Positions 20,217-30,354 of a DNA stretch of 64,000 nucleotides are shown here, in pieces; position 1 is the first letter of the stretch, and each line of letters starts with the position of its first letter. The position numbers and the translations under genes were made by a program. The DNA comes from Paraburkholderia sp. (GTDB lineage Bacteria > Pseudomonadota > Gammaproteobacteria > Burkholderiales > Burkholderiaceae), in the NCBI RefSeq assembly GCF_028283785.1, contig NZ_JAPWKB010000003.1, forward strand, positions 111,211 to 175,210, written 5' to 3'. The notes beneath the pieces were generated by a model. The model saw only the letters and a program-made list of their open reading frames with translations. It was not told the origin of the DNA and made no database searches.

Positions 20217-21644
20217 ATGAAAATCATCGACACGATCTACCTCGACGGCGCATTCGTCACGCCGCATGGCGACGAGATGTTCGACCTGTTCAATCCCGCG
20301 ACGGAGCAGGTGATCGGCCGCGTGCGCCTCGCCGACGCGCAGGATGCCCGCGACGCGATTGCCTCAGCGAAGCGCGCTTTCCCGGCGTTTTCGCGCACCG
20401 GCCGACACGAGCGGATCGACATGCTGAAACGCATGCATGCAGCCGTGGTCGCGCGCGAAGACGCGCTCTACGAAGCGATCACCGAAGAGTACGGCGCGCC
20501 CGTGTCGCGCGGCCGCTGGATGGCGCAGCACGCGAGCAGCGTGCTGCTCGAAGCGGCCAAAGTCTTGCAGGATTACCCGTTCACACGACGTATCGGTATC
20601 GCCGAGGTCGTGATGCAACCGCTGGGCGTGGCCGGTCTGATTACGCCGTGGAACAGCGACGCGGGATTTATTTGCGGAAAGCTGGCGGCCGCGCTCGCCG
20701 CAGGTTGCACCGCCGTGATCAAGCCGAGCGAGATGAGCGCGATCCAGACGCGGATCGTCACCGAAGCGCTGCACGACGCCGGTTTGCCGCCCGGCGTGTT
20801 CAATATCGTCACCGGTCGCGGCGACACGGTCGGCGCGGAAATCGCGTCGCATCCGGACGTCGCGAAACTGTCGTTCACGGGTTCGACGGCGGTTGGCAAA
20901 AGCATTTTGCGCACGGCGGCGGAAACGCTGAAACGCGTGACGCTCGAACTCGGCGGCAAGTCGCCGGTGGTGATTCTCGACGATGCAAATTTCGACGAAG
21001 CCGTGCCGCTCGCGATTCAGGCGGGCTTGATGAACAGTGGTCAGGCGTGCATCGCCGGTACGCGGATTCTGGTGCCGCGCGCGCGGCTCGCCGAGTTCGA
21101 AGCGCATGTGAAGGACGCGCTGGCGCAGGTCCGCGCAGGCGACCCGCGCGATCCGCTGACGAGCGTGGGGCCGATGGTCAGCCGCAAGCAATGGGAGCGC
21201 GTGCAGCGCTATATCCGCGTTGGAATCGACGAAGGCGCGCGGCTGATAGCAGGCGGCGAAGGACGCCCGGACGGCGTCGACGCAGGCTGGTTCGTGCGTC
21301 CCACGGTGTTCAGCGACGTCGTCAACGATATGACGATCGCCCGCGAGGAAATCTTCGGACCGGTGCTGTCGATCATCGCGTACGACGACACGCCCGACGC
21401 GATCCGCATCGCCAACGACACGAATTACGGCTTGCAGGCCTACGTGATGTCGCGCGACATCGACCGCGCGCGGCAAGTCGCCGCGCAGATCGACGCCGGA
21501 CGCGTGCTGGTCAATACGCTGGCGCACGAACCCGCTGCGCCGTTCGGCGGCTTCAAGCAATCGGGCATCGGCCGCGAGTACGGCACCTTCGGGCTCGAAG
21601 CGTTTCTCGAACCGAAAGCGGTGCTCGGCGTGACCGGCGCGTGA
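20217..21644 (+). CDS. aldehyde dehydrogenase family protein
   Basis: ORF 20142..21644; ATG 20217 is preceded by ggag. Has ELGGKSP and GQACIAGTR motifs. Confidence 0.9.
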   Translation: MKIIDTIYLDGAFVTPHGDEMFDLFNPATEQVIGRVRLADAQDARDAIASAKRAFPAFSRTGRHERIDMLKRMHAAVVAREDALYEAITEEYGAPVSRGRWMAQHASSVLLEAAKVLQDYPFTRRIGIAEVVMQPLGVAGLITPWNSDAGFICGKLAAALAAGCTAVIKPSEMSAIQTRIVTEALHDAGLPPGVFNIVTGRGDTVGAEIASHPDVAKLSFTGSTAVGKSILRTAAETLKRVTLELGGKSPVVILDDANFDEAVPLAIQAGLMNSGQACIAGTRILVPRARLAEFEAHVKDALAQVRAGDPRDPLTSVGPMVSRKQWERVQRYIRVGIDEGARLIAGGEGRPDGVDAGWFVRPTVFSDVVNDMTIAREEIFGPVLSIIAYDDTPDAIRIANDTNYGLQAYVMSRDIDRARQVAAQIDAGRVLVNTLAHEPAAPFGGFKQSGIGREYGTFGLEAFLEPKAVLGVTGA

Positions 21645-21843
21645 TGCGGACGCGTCGGCGCGGCCCGCCGCAATCGAACGGACGCTGACGCGCCCGTACC
21701 AGCGGCACGGCGTTTAGCTTCTAGCCGGTTCTATTTCCGGCTTGGTCTACTGCATGTCACGCCTGTCCCGCATGCCGCCCGCGCGGCCATGCGCGACGCG
21801 TCGATCAAAACGCCAAACCGCTCACCTGCATTGTGGAGACCGC

Positions 21844-22719
21844 ATGTCCGCCGATTCCCGTCCCGATCAACTCGTTCTTACCGTCGCCTGTCCGAGCGCC
21901 GCGGGCCAGGTGGCCGCCGTGGTCGGCTTTCTCGACCGGCATCGATGCTATATCGACGAACTGACTGTGTTCGACGACGACCTCAGCGAGCGATTTTTCG
22001 TTCGATGCGTCTTTCATGGCGTCGAACGCAACGAGACGCTGCAACTCGCCGCGTTGAAACGCGAATTCGAAAGTATCGCGGACCGCTTCCGGATGACGTG
22101 GTCGATTCACGACGTCAACGCACGACCGAAGGTGCTGATCCTCGTGTCGAAACTCGAACACTGTCTCGCGGATCTGTTGTTCCGCTGGCGCATGGGCGAA
22201 CTGAAAATGGATATCGTCGGAATCGGTTCGAATCACCGCGATTTCGAACCGCTGGCGCAACAGCATGGTCTGCCGTTCCATCATCTACCGATTACCGCCG
22301 ACACAAAGCCGCAACAGGAAGCGCGACTGCTCGACCTGTTCGACACATCGGGCGCGGAGCTGCTGATTCTCGCGCGCTACATGCAGATTTTGTCGGGCGA
22401 GACCAGCCGCAAGCTGGCGTCGCGCGCGATCAATATCCATCACTCGTTTCTGCCCGGCTTCAAGGGCGCGAAGCCGTATCACCAGGCGCATGCACGTGGC
22501 GTCAAACTGATCGGCGCGACCGCGCATTTCGTCACCGATGACCTCGACGAAGGCCCGATCATCGAGCAGGTGGTCGAGCGCGTGGACCATTCGTACAGTC
22601 CTGAGCGCCTGCTCGCAACGGGTCGCGATGTCGAGTGCATCACGCTCGCGCGTGCGGTGAAAGCGTTTATCGAACGACGCGTGTTTATCAATGGCGACCG
22701 GACGGTCGTGTTGCAGTAA
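21844..22719 (+). CDS. purU: formyltetrahydrofolate deformylase
   Basis: ATG 21844. ACT-like N-terminus (LVLTVACPSAAGQVAAVVGFL) and formyltransferase core (INIHHSFLPGFKGAKPYHQA ... GATAHFVT). Confidence 0.9.
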   Translation: MSADSRPDQLVLTVACPSAAGQVAAVVGFLDRHRCYIDELTVFDDDLSERFFVRCVFHGVERNETLQLAALKREFESIADRFRMTWSIHDVNARPKVLILVSKLEHCLADLLFRWRMGELKMDIVGIGSNHRDFEPLAQQHGLPFHHLPITADTKPQQEARLLDLFDTSGAELLILARYMQILSGETSRKLASRAINIHHSFLPGFKGAKPYHQAHARGVKLIGATAHFVTDDLDEGPIIEQVVERVDHSYSPERLLATGRDVECITLARAVKAFIERRVFINGDRTVVLQ

Positions 22720-22745
22720 CGCGTGGCGAGAAACCCGATGCAATG

Positions 22746-22775
22746 AAAAACGCCGCTGAAAAGCGGCGTTTTCTT
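22746..22775. terminator. bidirectional rho-independent terminator between purU and the betaine-binding protein gene
   Basis: gaaaaACGCCGCTgaaaAGCGGCGTtttc: 9-bp GC-rich stem with an A-run before and a T-run after. Confidence 0.65.
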
Positions 22776-22834
22776 GTGGTGCGTCTTGTGGTGCGACGAC
22801 TGGCGACGCTCGCACGAGCGTCACCTCGCGCGGC

Positions 22835-23689
22835 TTACTTGACCCAGCTGTCCACGCGATCCGCATGCGCGCCGATCCACGCGTCAGCGGCAGCGGTCGG
22901 CTTTTCACCGCCTTGCGTGGCGAGCATCACGCTGTCGATTTCACCCGGTTTCCACTGGAACTTCTTCAGGAACGCGACCACCGGCGGCGCCTTCTTTTCC
23001 AGCTCGGGATTGACCACGCTATCCACGTGCTCCGATTCGCCGAACACCTTCTTCGGATCGTCGAGGAATTTGAGTTTGTACTTCGCGAACATCCAGTGCG
23101 GCTTCCAGCCCGTCACGATGATCGGCTTGCTGGCCGCTTCGGAGCGCGCCAGTTCCGCTGTCATCGCACTGCCCGAACTCGGCATCAACTGATAGTCGAG
23201 GCCGTACGCCTTGATCGCTTCACTGGTTTTCTGCATCACGCCCGCGCCCGCATCGATACCGACGATGCGCGAACCGAACTCGGACTTCTTCGCTTCGAGA
23301 TCGCCGACCGTCGTGACGTCCGCGTTTTCAGGGACGATCAGACCGATCTTCGCGTCGTTGAAGTTCGGGCCCAGATCGACCACCTTGCTCTTGAAGTTGG
23401 TCCAGTACGCACCGTGCGTCACCGGCAGCCACGCGGACAGCGTCGCGTCGAGGTCGCCGCGCGCCACGCCCTGCCACATCACACCGGCCGCGACCGGCAC
23501 CAGTTGGACCTGATAGCCGAGCCGTTTTTCGATCACGCGCGCAGCGACATTCGACGTCGCGACACTGTCGTCCCAGCCTTCCACGTAACCGATCTTGATG
23601 GTCGGTTTCGTGTCGGCCGACACGCCGCCGCTGACTGCGGCCACTGCGCCAAATGCGCTTAAAACAAGTAGTTTTCTGATCAGTCTCAT
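22835..23689 (-). CDS. glycine betaine/choline ABC-type substrate-binding protein (OpuAC/ProX-like)
   Basis: ATG 23689 (aggag N7 ATG). Signal peptide MRLIRKLLVLSAFGAVAAVSGGVSA; OpuAC-type fold signature (GYVEGWDDS ... WLPVTHG). Adjacent to the gbc genes. Confidence 0.85.
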   Translation of the reverse strand: MRLIRKLLVLSAFGAVAAVSGGVSADTKPTIKIGYVEGWDDSVATSNVAARVIEKRLGYQVQLVPVAAGVMWQGVARGDLDATLSAWLPVTHGAYWTNFKSKVVDLGPNFNDAKIGLIVPENADVTTVGDLEAKKSEFGSRIVGIDAGAGVMQKTSEAIKAYGLDYQLMPSSGSAMTAELARSEAASKPIIVTGWKPHWMFAKYKLKFLDDPKKVFGESEHVDSVVNPELEKKAPPVVAFLKKFQWKPGEIDSVMLATQGGEKPTAAADAWIGAHADRVDSWVK

Positions 23690-23844
23690 CGCCATTCTCC
23701 TTTCGCGGTCCAAGCCACAGAGCACCCAGAATCACCAGCCAGAATTGACCGGTAGCGTTCATTTCCGACATCCAGTTGTCTGGATGCGACTTGCCTCGCT
23801 GCATTCGCTTCTTTGCTGCTTTTCACTTCCGTACGACGTATCGC

Positions 23845-25062
23845 TTACTTGTCGACGACGAGATCGGTCAACGGCTTGCTACAGCACAACAGCACCATGC
23901 CTTGATCGATTTCCCGCTGACGGATGCCGCCCGCGTGTTTCATCGCGACTTCGCCCGAAACCAGTTTCACCTTGCACGTGCCGCACATGCCTTGCGTACA
24001 CGACGCGGGCAGGCGCACGCCCGCTTTCTTCGCCGCGTCGAGCACATGCTGGCCGCTGCCGCATTCGATCTGACGATTGCTCTTCGCAAAGCTCACGGTG
24101 AAGGTTTGCGCGACTTCCGGCTCGACGGTGGCAGGCGAAAAACCCGCCGCCTGCTCGCGCAATACCGCAAACGACACGTCGCCCTCCAATGCGTCGGCGA
24201 CATGCGCGGTGGTCAGTTGCGCCGCGACGTCCGGGATCGTGTCGAACGAGAAACTCTCTTCGTGATAGTGCGACCGTTCGAAGCCGCCTTCGTCCAGAAG
24301 ATCGCGCACGGCCTTCATATACGGCGCCGGCCCGCACGTGAAAATTTCGCGTTCCATGAAGTCAGGCGCAATCAGCTTCAATAGCGGCAGACTCAGAAAA
24401 CCGGTCACACCTGGCCAGTTCGTGCGCGTGCCGACACGTTCACACACGAAAGCCGTCCGGAACCGCGTCTGGTTCGACGCAATCAGATCGAGTTCGCGCG
24501 CGAAAATAATGTCGTCCGGCGTGCGGGCGCTATGGACGAACACGATATCGCGGTCCTCGCCGAGTTCGTGATGCGCGCGTGTCATCGACATCAACGGCGT
24601 CACGCCCGACCCCGCCGACAAAAACAGATACTTGCGCGCCGGATGCCGTGCGCACGTAAACTCACCTGACGGCCCGAGCACGCGCACCGTCGAGCCGACC
24701 TGCAAGCTGTCGTGCAGCCAGTTCGACACCTTGCCGCCCGGCACGCGTTTGACCGTAATCGAAATCGTATGCGGGCGCGTGGGCGGCGATGAAATCGTGT
24801 AGCAGCGGTTCACCGCTTCGCCGTCGATCTCCAGTTCCAGCGTCACGAACTGTCCCGGCTCGAACACGAACGCGCGCTCGTCGGGGGCGCGAAAGAAAAA
24901 ACTCTTCACGTCATGCGTTTCCTGACGGATCTGGCAGCACACCAGCGTGTCGTCGGTATCGCTGTTCCAGCGCGCGGGCAGCGTTCCCCAGAAAGCAGGC
25001 TGGGTCACGCGGCTCGCCGCCGTCTCCGGATTAGGCTGGAAATTCGCCTGATCGCGCATCAT
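23845..25062 (-). CDS. gbcB: glycine betaine monooxygenase reductase component (FNR-like flavodoxin reductase + plant-type 2Fe-2S)
   Basis: ATG 25062 (ggag upstream). RCYTISS FAD motif, GSGVTP NAD motif, and C-terminal CTQGMCGTCKV ferredoxin cluster. Confidence 0.85.
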   Translation of the reverse strand: MMRDQANFQPNPETAASRVTQPAFWGTLPARWNSDTDDTLVCCQIRQETHDVKSFFFRAPDERAFVFEPGQFVTLELEIDGEAVNRCYTISSPPTRPHTISITVKRVPGGKVSNWLHDSLQVGSTVRVLGPSGEFTCARHPARKYLFLSAGSGVTPLMSMTRAHHELGEDRDIVFVHSARTPDDIIFARELDLIASNQTRFRTAFVCERVGTRTNWPGVTGFLSLPLLKLIAPDFMEREIFTCGPAPYMKAVRDLLDEGGFERSHYHEESFSFDTIPDVAAQLTTAHVADALEGDVSFAVLREQAAGFSPATVEPEVAQTFTVSFAKSNRQIECGSGQHVLDAAKKAGVRLPASCTQGMCGTCKVKLVSGEVAMKHAGGIRQREIDQGMVLLCCSKPLTDLVVDK

Positions 25063-25106
25063 GGTTATCTCCGGATCCTGGTAGCAATGGCGGGTTTCGC
25101 TGATCG

Positions 25107-26399
25107 TCAGCGCATGAACGACACGACTTTTTCGTCGTGCACGATTGACGCATCCGGCGCGTTCGCGTAGTCGGCCAGACGGCCGATATACCACGCGCAG
25201 AACTTCTCCACGAGCCCTTCCGTGAACGGCGAATACGGACCCGGTTCGTACGCGCTGCTCGACGCGCCACGCTGCGAGTACTCGACCAGCGCGCGATCCT
25301 GATCGTTGGTCGCGCGCCATACGGCGGTCAGGTTGTTGACGTCGTAATCGATGCCTTCGCGTGCATCCTTGTGAACCAGCCACTTGGTGCGAACCAGCGT
25401 CTTGCCGGCCGAAAGCGGAATCACCGAGAACGTGACGATGTGATCGCTCATGAAGTGATGCCACGAATTAGGCTGCGTCCAGAACGACAGACCGCCAAGA
25501 TCGGCCTGCTCGAAGCCACCCAGCAACTTCTTCGATGCGACGCGCGCATCGAGCGTTTGCGATTCGCCGTCGCGATCGAGCGGCAGGCGCTGCGTGCGAA
25601 AACCAGTGACGAGATCGGCGAGCCGTTCGATTTCCGCCGACGGCAGATTCAGCGCTTCCCATTGCGCGGTGCGCCGGGCCACCGTCGCTTCGAATGCGGC
25701 CATGCCCTCTTCGTTATCCGGCGTGCGCTGATAGCCGAAGCCGTATTCGTACAGCGAAATTGTGAGTTCCGGATGGTTCGCGACGCAGTGATAGCACTCG
25801 CGATTGTTCTCCATCGTGAGCTTCCAGTTACCTTCCTCGACCAGATCGATCGACGCGGCGATCTTGCAATCGGCCAGTCCGTGCGGCAGCAGGTACGGCT
25901 CCATCGACGCGCGCATCACCGCGAAATCGGTGGGCGGTTCGTCGGCGAGACAGATGAAAATCAACCCGGCCAGATTCTCCAGATGCACCGGTTTCAGGCT
26001 ATGTTTACAGCGGTCGAACTGCTCGCCCATATGCTCGGCGAACATCAGCTCGCCGGTCAGGTTGTAGGTCCAGCTATGGTACGGACAGACGATATTACCC
26101 AGCGAGCCTTTGTCCGAATTGCACAGCCGCGCGCCGCGATGGCGGCATACGTTATGAAACGCGCGCACCTGCATATCGTCGTCGCGAACGATCAGCACCG
26201 AGTCGTTGCCAATCTCCACGGTCACGTAATCGCCCGGCTCCGGCACGTCCGGTTCGACTGCAACCTGAATCCAGTGACGCCGGAAAATCACATCGAGATC
26301 GAGCGCGTGAATCGCCTCGCTCGTATAGAACGGCGCTTCCAGTGTGTAGCCCTGCTTGCGGCGTTCGATCATTGCGCGAACGTCTGCCGAAACTTTCAT
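25107..26399 (-). CDS. gbcA: glycine betaine monooxygenase Rieske oxygenase component
   Basis: Rieske CRHRGARLC...CPYHSW motif plus mononuclear-iron ligands (NNRECYHC). 430 aa, directly upstream of gbcB. Confidence 0.85.
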   Translation of the reverse strand: MKVSADVRAMIERRKQGYTLEAPFYTSEAIHALDLDVIFRRHWIQVAVEPDVPEPGDYVTVEIGNDSVLIVRDDDMQVRAFHNVCRHRGARLCNSDKGSLGNIVCPYHSWTYNLTGELMFAEHMGEQFDRCKHSLKPVHLENLAGLIFICLADEPPTDFAVMRASMEPYLLPHGLADCKIAASIDLVEEGNWKLTMENNRECYHCVANHPELTISLYEYGFGYQRTPDNEEGMAAFEATVARRTAQWEALNLPSAEIERLADLVTGFRTQRLPLDRDGESQTLDARVASKKLLGGFEQADLGGLSFWTQPNSWHHFMSDHIVTFSVIPLSAGKTLVRTKWLVHKDAREGIDYDVNNLTAVWRATNDQDRALVEYSQRGASSSAYEPGPYSPFTEGLVEKFCAWYIGRLADYANAPDASIVHDEKVVSFMR

Positions 26400-26482
26400 T
26401 GTGTGCTCCGTATTGCGTCTATTGCGTCATGTCTGCCGCTTTACCAGGCTCGCCTGGCCGCGCGTGGGGTCGATGCGGATGC

Positions 26483-27250
26483 CTAGTAATCCACGAGTTG
26501 ATGCTCGCGCAAATACGCCAGAATCACTTGTGCTTTTTCGACGGAACTCCCTTCAATTACGACGCTGCCGCCGCGACTTTCCGACGACGTCGCGGACAGC
26601 ATCCGCGCGTGTCCCGAGCGTTTTTCCGCAGCGGCGAGCCGCACCGGTTTGGCGCTTGCGGGCTTGACGGTCCACGCCTTGTGTTCGGCGTCGTTGGGCG
26701 CGTAGGCGGCGACCTGACGGATCGACCCGGCGCGCAGACGCGCATACGCGTAAGTCGGCGAAGCCGTGGCGAGCGGATGCACGGCGATCACCGCCGGCAA
26801 GCGCACGGCCACGCGGCGTCGCAAGCCTTTCGGCATGAACTGGCGCACGTCGACGCTGTCGCCGGACGGCGTGAGATCGACGGCCGCGCCGACGAACGGC
26901 ATACCGAGCGCGTCGGCGATCCGGTACGGCAGCGTGCCGCTGTCGAATCCGCCTTCGGCGCGCGTGCCGGTCAGCACGAGGTCGTAGCCTTCGAGCCGCG
27001 CGGCAAGCGCGCCCACCGGATCGCCGTTCGTGTCGCCCAATGCCAGCACTTCCACCGACCCCGCGCCGAGCGCGAGATACTCGGGCAACGCGGGGTTCGC
27101 CGGGTCGCCGGCATGCAACACGTCGAGCGTCGCGCGCTGCGACTCCACCAGCGACAACGCAATCGTCAACGCCGCGGCATCGTTGCGGCTATACCGCGCG
27201 ACGCCGCTGACCGGATGACGTCCAACCGACACCAGAACGGCGATCTTCAT
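26483..27250 (-). CDS. etfB: electron transfer flavoprotein beta-subunit-like protein of the dimethylglycine demethylase cluster
   Basis: ATG 27250 (MKIAVLVSVGRHPVSG...). ATGA overlap with the upstream etfA-like stop. ETF beta fold pattern. Confidence 0.8.
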   Translation of the reverse strand: MKIAVLVSVGRHPVSGVARYSRNDAAALTIALSLVESQRATLDVLHAGDPANPALPEYLALGAGSVEVLALGDTNGDPVGALAARLEGYDLVLTGTRAEGGFDSGTLPYRIADALGMPFVGAAVDLTPSGDSVDVRQFMPKGLRRRVAVRLPAVIAVHPLATASPTYAYARLRAGSIRQVAAYAPNDAEHKAWTVKPASAKPVRLAAAEKRSGHARMLSATSSESRGGSVVIEGSSVEKAQVILAYLREHQLVDY

Positions 27251-28434
27251 ACCAGGGCTCCTTCGCTCGCGACGACCGTATCCGCTGCGTCGCCGGCCTC
27301 CCGATGGGCGCGGGCGATGCGCGCGGCGGTGGCCGCGTCGGTCAGCGCCGCGATGGTTTCCTGCGCGTCCGCCACGATGGTCAGATTCGCGCGTTTGGCG
27401 ATCGGCGCACTCGCGTCGAGATTCACCGCAATCACGTGACGGCAATCCTTGATGCCCTGCAAATGCTGAACCGCACCCGAAATGCCGAACGCGATATAGA
27501 CGCTGGCTTCGACGGTTTTGCCGGTCGCGCCGATCTGCTTGTCGCGCGTGAACTTGCCGTCGTCGACCGCGACGCGGCTCGCGCCGATGGCCGCGCCCAA
27601 CGTGCGGGCGAGCTCTTCGAACGCACGCACATCGGACACGCCATTGCCCGCCGACACGATGAAATCCGCCTCTTCCAGCGCGACTTGCGCGGCGTCCGCG
27701 GCTTCGACGCCGAGATCGCGATACGACGGTGCCGCCGTCGTATCAGCCATCGCGGGCCATCCGGGCAAACCGTCGACGCGTTCGCCCGCGCCGACGAACG
27801 GCAACTTCGGATCGACTGCGCCGGGTGCAAGCAGAATCACATCGGGCAGCGCGCGCGACGCGAGCGCCCGATTCGATTGCACGTAACTCGCCACGTGCGT
27901 CGCATCGATTTCGACGACATGCGTGGCGATACTCGCGTTGGCGCGCGCCGCATAGCGACGGCCTAGATCGCCGTCGCCGGTGGCGTTGTCGGGCAAAAAC
28001 AGATGCGCCGGCGAATACGCCGCGACGCATGCGAGCAGCGCATGCAACGCCGCTGCGGGATCGAATTCACGCCGGTCGATCTCGCGCAATACCACGACCG
28101 TGTCCGCGCCGAGCGTCGCCGCGTCTTCGTTGAATTCGCCGAGCGCCAGCAAGACGACCTGCGTAGCGGCGTCCGCGATCAGCGCGGCGGCGGCAAGCAC
28201 CTGATGCGCGTGATCGTCGAGCGTGCCGCGATCGGTGTGCGCGGCGACCACGAACGTGCGTTGCGGCGCGGTTGTGGTGCGACGCGCTTTCGCATGCGTG
28301 TGGCGCATGGCTGTCATGCTCGCATGCGTCTGCGTCATGCCTGACTGAGCAAGCGCGCCGAGCGTGATGCGTTTCAGTCCTTCGGCCGTGATCGTGAACG
28401 GACGGCGCGGGTCGATTCGTTTGATGTCGTTCAT
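27247..28434 (-). CDS. etfA: electron transfer flavoprotein alpha-subunit-like protein
   Basis: ATG 28434. C-terminal FAD-binding signature YIAFGISGAVQHLQGIKD. Confidence 0.8.
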   Translation of the reverse strand: MNDIKRIDPRRPFTITAEGLKRITLGALAQSGMTQTHASMTAMRHTHAKARRTTTAPQRTFVVAAHTDRGTLDDHAHQVLAAAALIADAATQVVLLALGEFNEDAATLGADTVVVLREIDRREFDPAAALHALLACVAAYSPAHLFLPDNATGDGDLGRRYAARANASIATHVVEIDATHVASYVQSNRALASRALPDVILLAPGAVDPKLPFVGAGERVDGLPGWPAMADTTAAPSYRDLGVEAADAAQVALEEADFIVSAGNGVSDVRAFEELARTLGAAIGASRVAVDDGKFTRDKQIGATGKTVEASVYIAFGISGAVQHLQGIKDCRHVIAVNLDASAPIAKRANLTIVADAQETIAALTDAATAARIARAHREAGDAADTVVASEGALV

Positions 28435-28438
28435 CGCG

Positions 28439-30352
28439 TCACTCCAGCGCAGCGGCGACCAGTTCGGCCACGTCGAGCACGTCCGGACGCGGGCCGACCA
28501 CGCCTTCGAGCATCGCCGTGCAGTTCGGGCATCCGACCGCGACGATGTCGGCGTCGATCGTGCGCGCATCGGCGATGCGGATATCGGGAATGCGTTGCTT
28601 GCCGGGAATATCGGTCAGCGGCGCACCGCCGCCACCGCCGCAGCAGCGGCCGCGCATGCCGTGGCGCTCCATTTCGACCACCTTGATGCCGATCGACTTC
28701 AGCAGCTGGCGCGGTGCTTCGATCTCGCCGTTGTAGCGGCCCAGGTAGCACGGATCGTGATACGTGATGCGCTTGTCGGCGAGCGCTGCCGCCGCTTTCG
28801 GCGACAGCTTGCCGCTCGCGACGATCTCCGCGATCAGCGACGTGTGATGCTGCACCACGTAGTAGCCGCCGAGCGCCCGGTATTCGTTGCGCAAGCTGTG
28901 CATCACGTGAGGGTCGGCGGTGACGATACGCTTGAAATCGTAGTGCGCCAGCGTGCCTATCAACTGCGTCGCCAGTTGCTGAAACGTCGCTTCGTCACCG
29001 AGACGGCGAGCGGTGTCGCCGGTATCCGTTTCGACTCCGCCGAGCACCGCGTAGTCGATACCCGCACGATTCAGCACGGTGACGAGCGCGCGCAGCGTGC
29101 GTTGATAGCGCATATCGAACGCGCCTTCACCGGCGATCAGCAGCACATCGACCGGACGGCCGGGTTGCGCGACCTGCACCTGCAAATCCACCGACCAGTC
29201 GTAGCGCGCGGCGATATCGAAACCGTTCGCGCTGCCGGTCTCGCGCAGATTCGCGAGCGTCAGCGGACCCTTGCCAGGCACGATGCCTTCGACCAGGGTT
29301 TGATTGCGCCGCATATCGACGATCGCATCGACGTGCTCGATCAGCATCGGGCACTCCTGCACGCACGCGCGGCAGGTCGTGCACGACCACAGCGTGTCCG
29401 CTTCGATCAGGCTCGACACCAGCGGTTTGCCGGGCGCGCCGCCGTGCTTGCCGACCGGAATGCCGGGCGTCGGACTGCCGGCGTAGTCGGCATCGGTCCC
29501 GCCGACCATACCCGTCACGAGATCCTGGATCAGCTTCTTCGGGTTCAGCGGCTGGCCGGATGCGAAAGCGGGACACGCGGCTTCGCACTTGCCGCACTGG
29601 ACGCACGCATCGAAGCTCAGCAACTGGTTCCAGCGAAACTCCACCGGCTTGCCGACGCCGTATTCCTTCGCGTCGAGCACGGGCATTTTGAGTGCGGTCG
29701 GCGGTACGAGATCGTTGTCATGGCGCGCGGAAAAGCGTTCCTGGCGCGGATGAAACGCGAGATGCAGCAAGCCGGCCAGCGCGTGTTTCATCGGACCGCC
29801 GCGCGCCGCGCCGAAGGTCATCGTCCACGCACCCGCCGCAATCAGCAACGCGACGATGATTGCCAGCGCGCCGGACATCGCGCCCGCCGGCAACGCGATA
29901 AACAGCGCGAGACCGGCCGCGAACGCGCCGAGCAGCACGGGTAAACTGTCCCACGGGCCGCGCGACAAACGCGCGGGCGTCGCTTTTGCGCCGTGCCGAC
30001 GACGCCATACGAACACCGCGCCCGTCAGCATCACCAGCGCCGCGACGAAGATCAGCCGGTCGAGCCATATCGAGTAGATCGCGAGACCGTAGTTCACGAA
30101 CACCAGCGCCATCGCGAGGATCGCGCCGCCGGCCGTTGCCACGTGCGTCTTCGCGATGTACGGATCGCGCGCGACCACGTGATGCAGATCGACGAAATAG
30201 CGCTTGGGAATCGCGAGCAGGTTGGTCCATCCGTATGCGCCCGCCGCCGTCGCGCGACCTTCGCGCCAGTAGGTTGCGCGCTTCGCGACCGCAAACGCGA
30301 GACCCGCCACCGACGCCCACAACAAGACCGTGATGACAAATACGGCGCTCAT
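28439..30352 (-). CDS. dgcB: dimethylglycine demethylase Fe-S subunit (membrane N-terminus, 2x4Fe-4S, CCG domains)
   Basis: ATG 30352. Five or six N-terminal TM helices. CVQCGKCEAACP and CTTCRACVQECP ferredoxin motifs; C-terminal Cys-rich CCGGGGG domain. Confidence 0.85.
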   Translation of the reverse strand: MSAVFVITVLLWASVAGLAFAVAKRATYWREGRATAAGAYGWTNLLAIPKRYFVDLHHVVARDPYIAKTHVATAGGAILAMALVFVNYGLAIYSIWLDRLIFVAALVMLTGAVFVWRRRHGAKATPARLSRGPWDSLPVLLGAFAAGLALFIALPAGAMSGALAIIVALLIAAGAWTMTFGAARGGPMKHALAGLLHLAFHPRQERFSARHDNDLVPPTALKMPVLDAKEYGVGKPVEFRWNQLLSFDACVQCGKCEAACPAFASGQPLNPKKLIQDLVTGMVGGTDADYAGSPTPGIPVGKHGGAPGKPLVSSLIEADTLWSCTTCRACVQECPMLIEHVDAIVDMRRNQTLVEGIVPGKGPLTLANLRETGSANGFDIAARYDWSVDLQVQVAQPGRPVDVLLIAGEGAFDMRYQRTLRALVTVLNRAGIDYAVLGGVETDTGDTARRLGDEATFQQLATQLIGTLAHYDFKRIVTADPHVMHSLRNEYRALGGYYVVQHHTSLIAEIVASGKLSPKAAAALADKRITYHDPCYLGRYNGEIEAPRQLLKSIGIKVVEMERHGMRGRCCGGGGGAPLTDIPGKQRIPDIRIADARTIDADIVAVGCPNCTAMLEGVVGPRPDVLDVAELVAAALE

Positions 30353-30354
30353 CG

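Noticed and set aside
21645-21843. ZTP (pfl) or other riboswitch upstream of purU
   Set aside because: The leader lacks the conserved GGGTCGTGAC / CCGGGC / CCGCCTGGGC-type elements as far as I can see by eye.
23845-25464. 539-aa extended form of gbcB (and similar N-terminal extensions of etfA, etfB, dgcB, purU and ALDH ORFs)
   Set aside because: The extensions overlap the upstream gene and are Arg-rich. Internal ATGs with SDs give proteins of family-typical length and N-termini.
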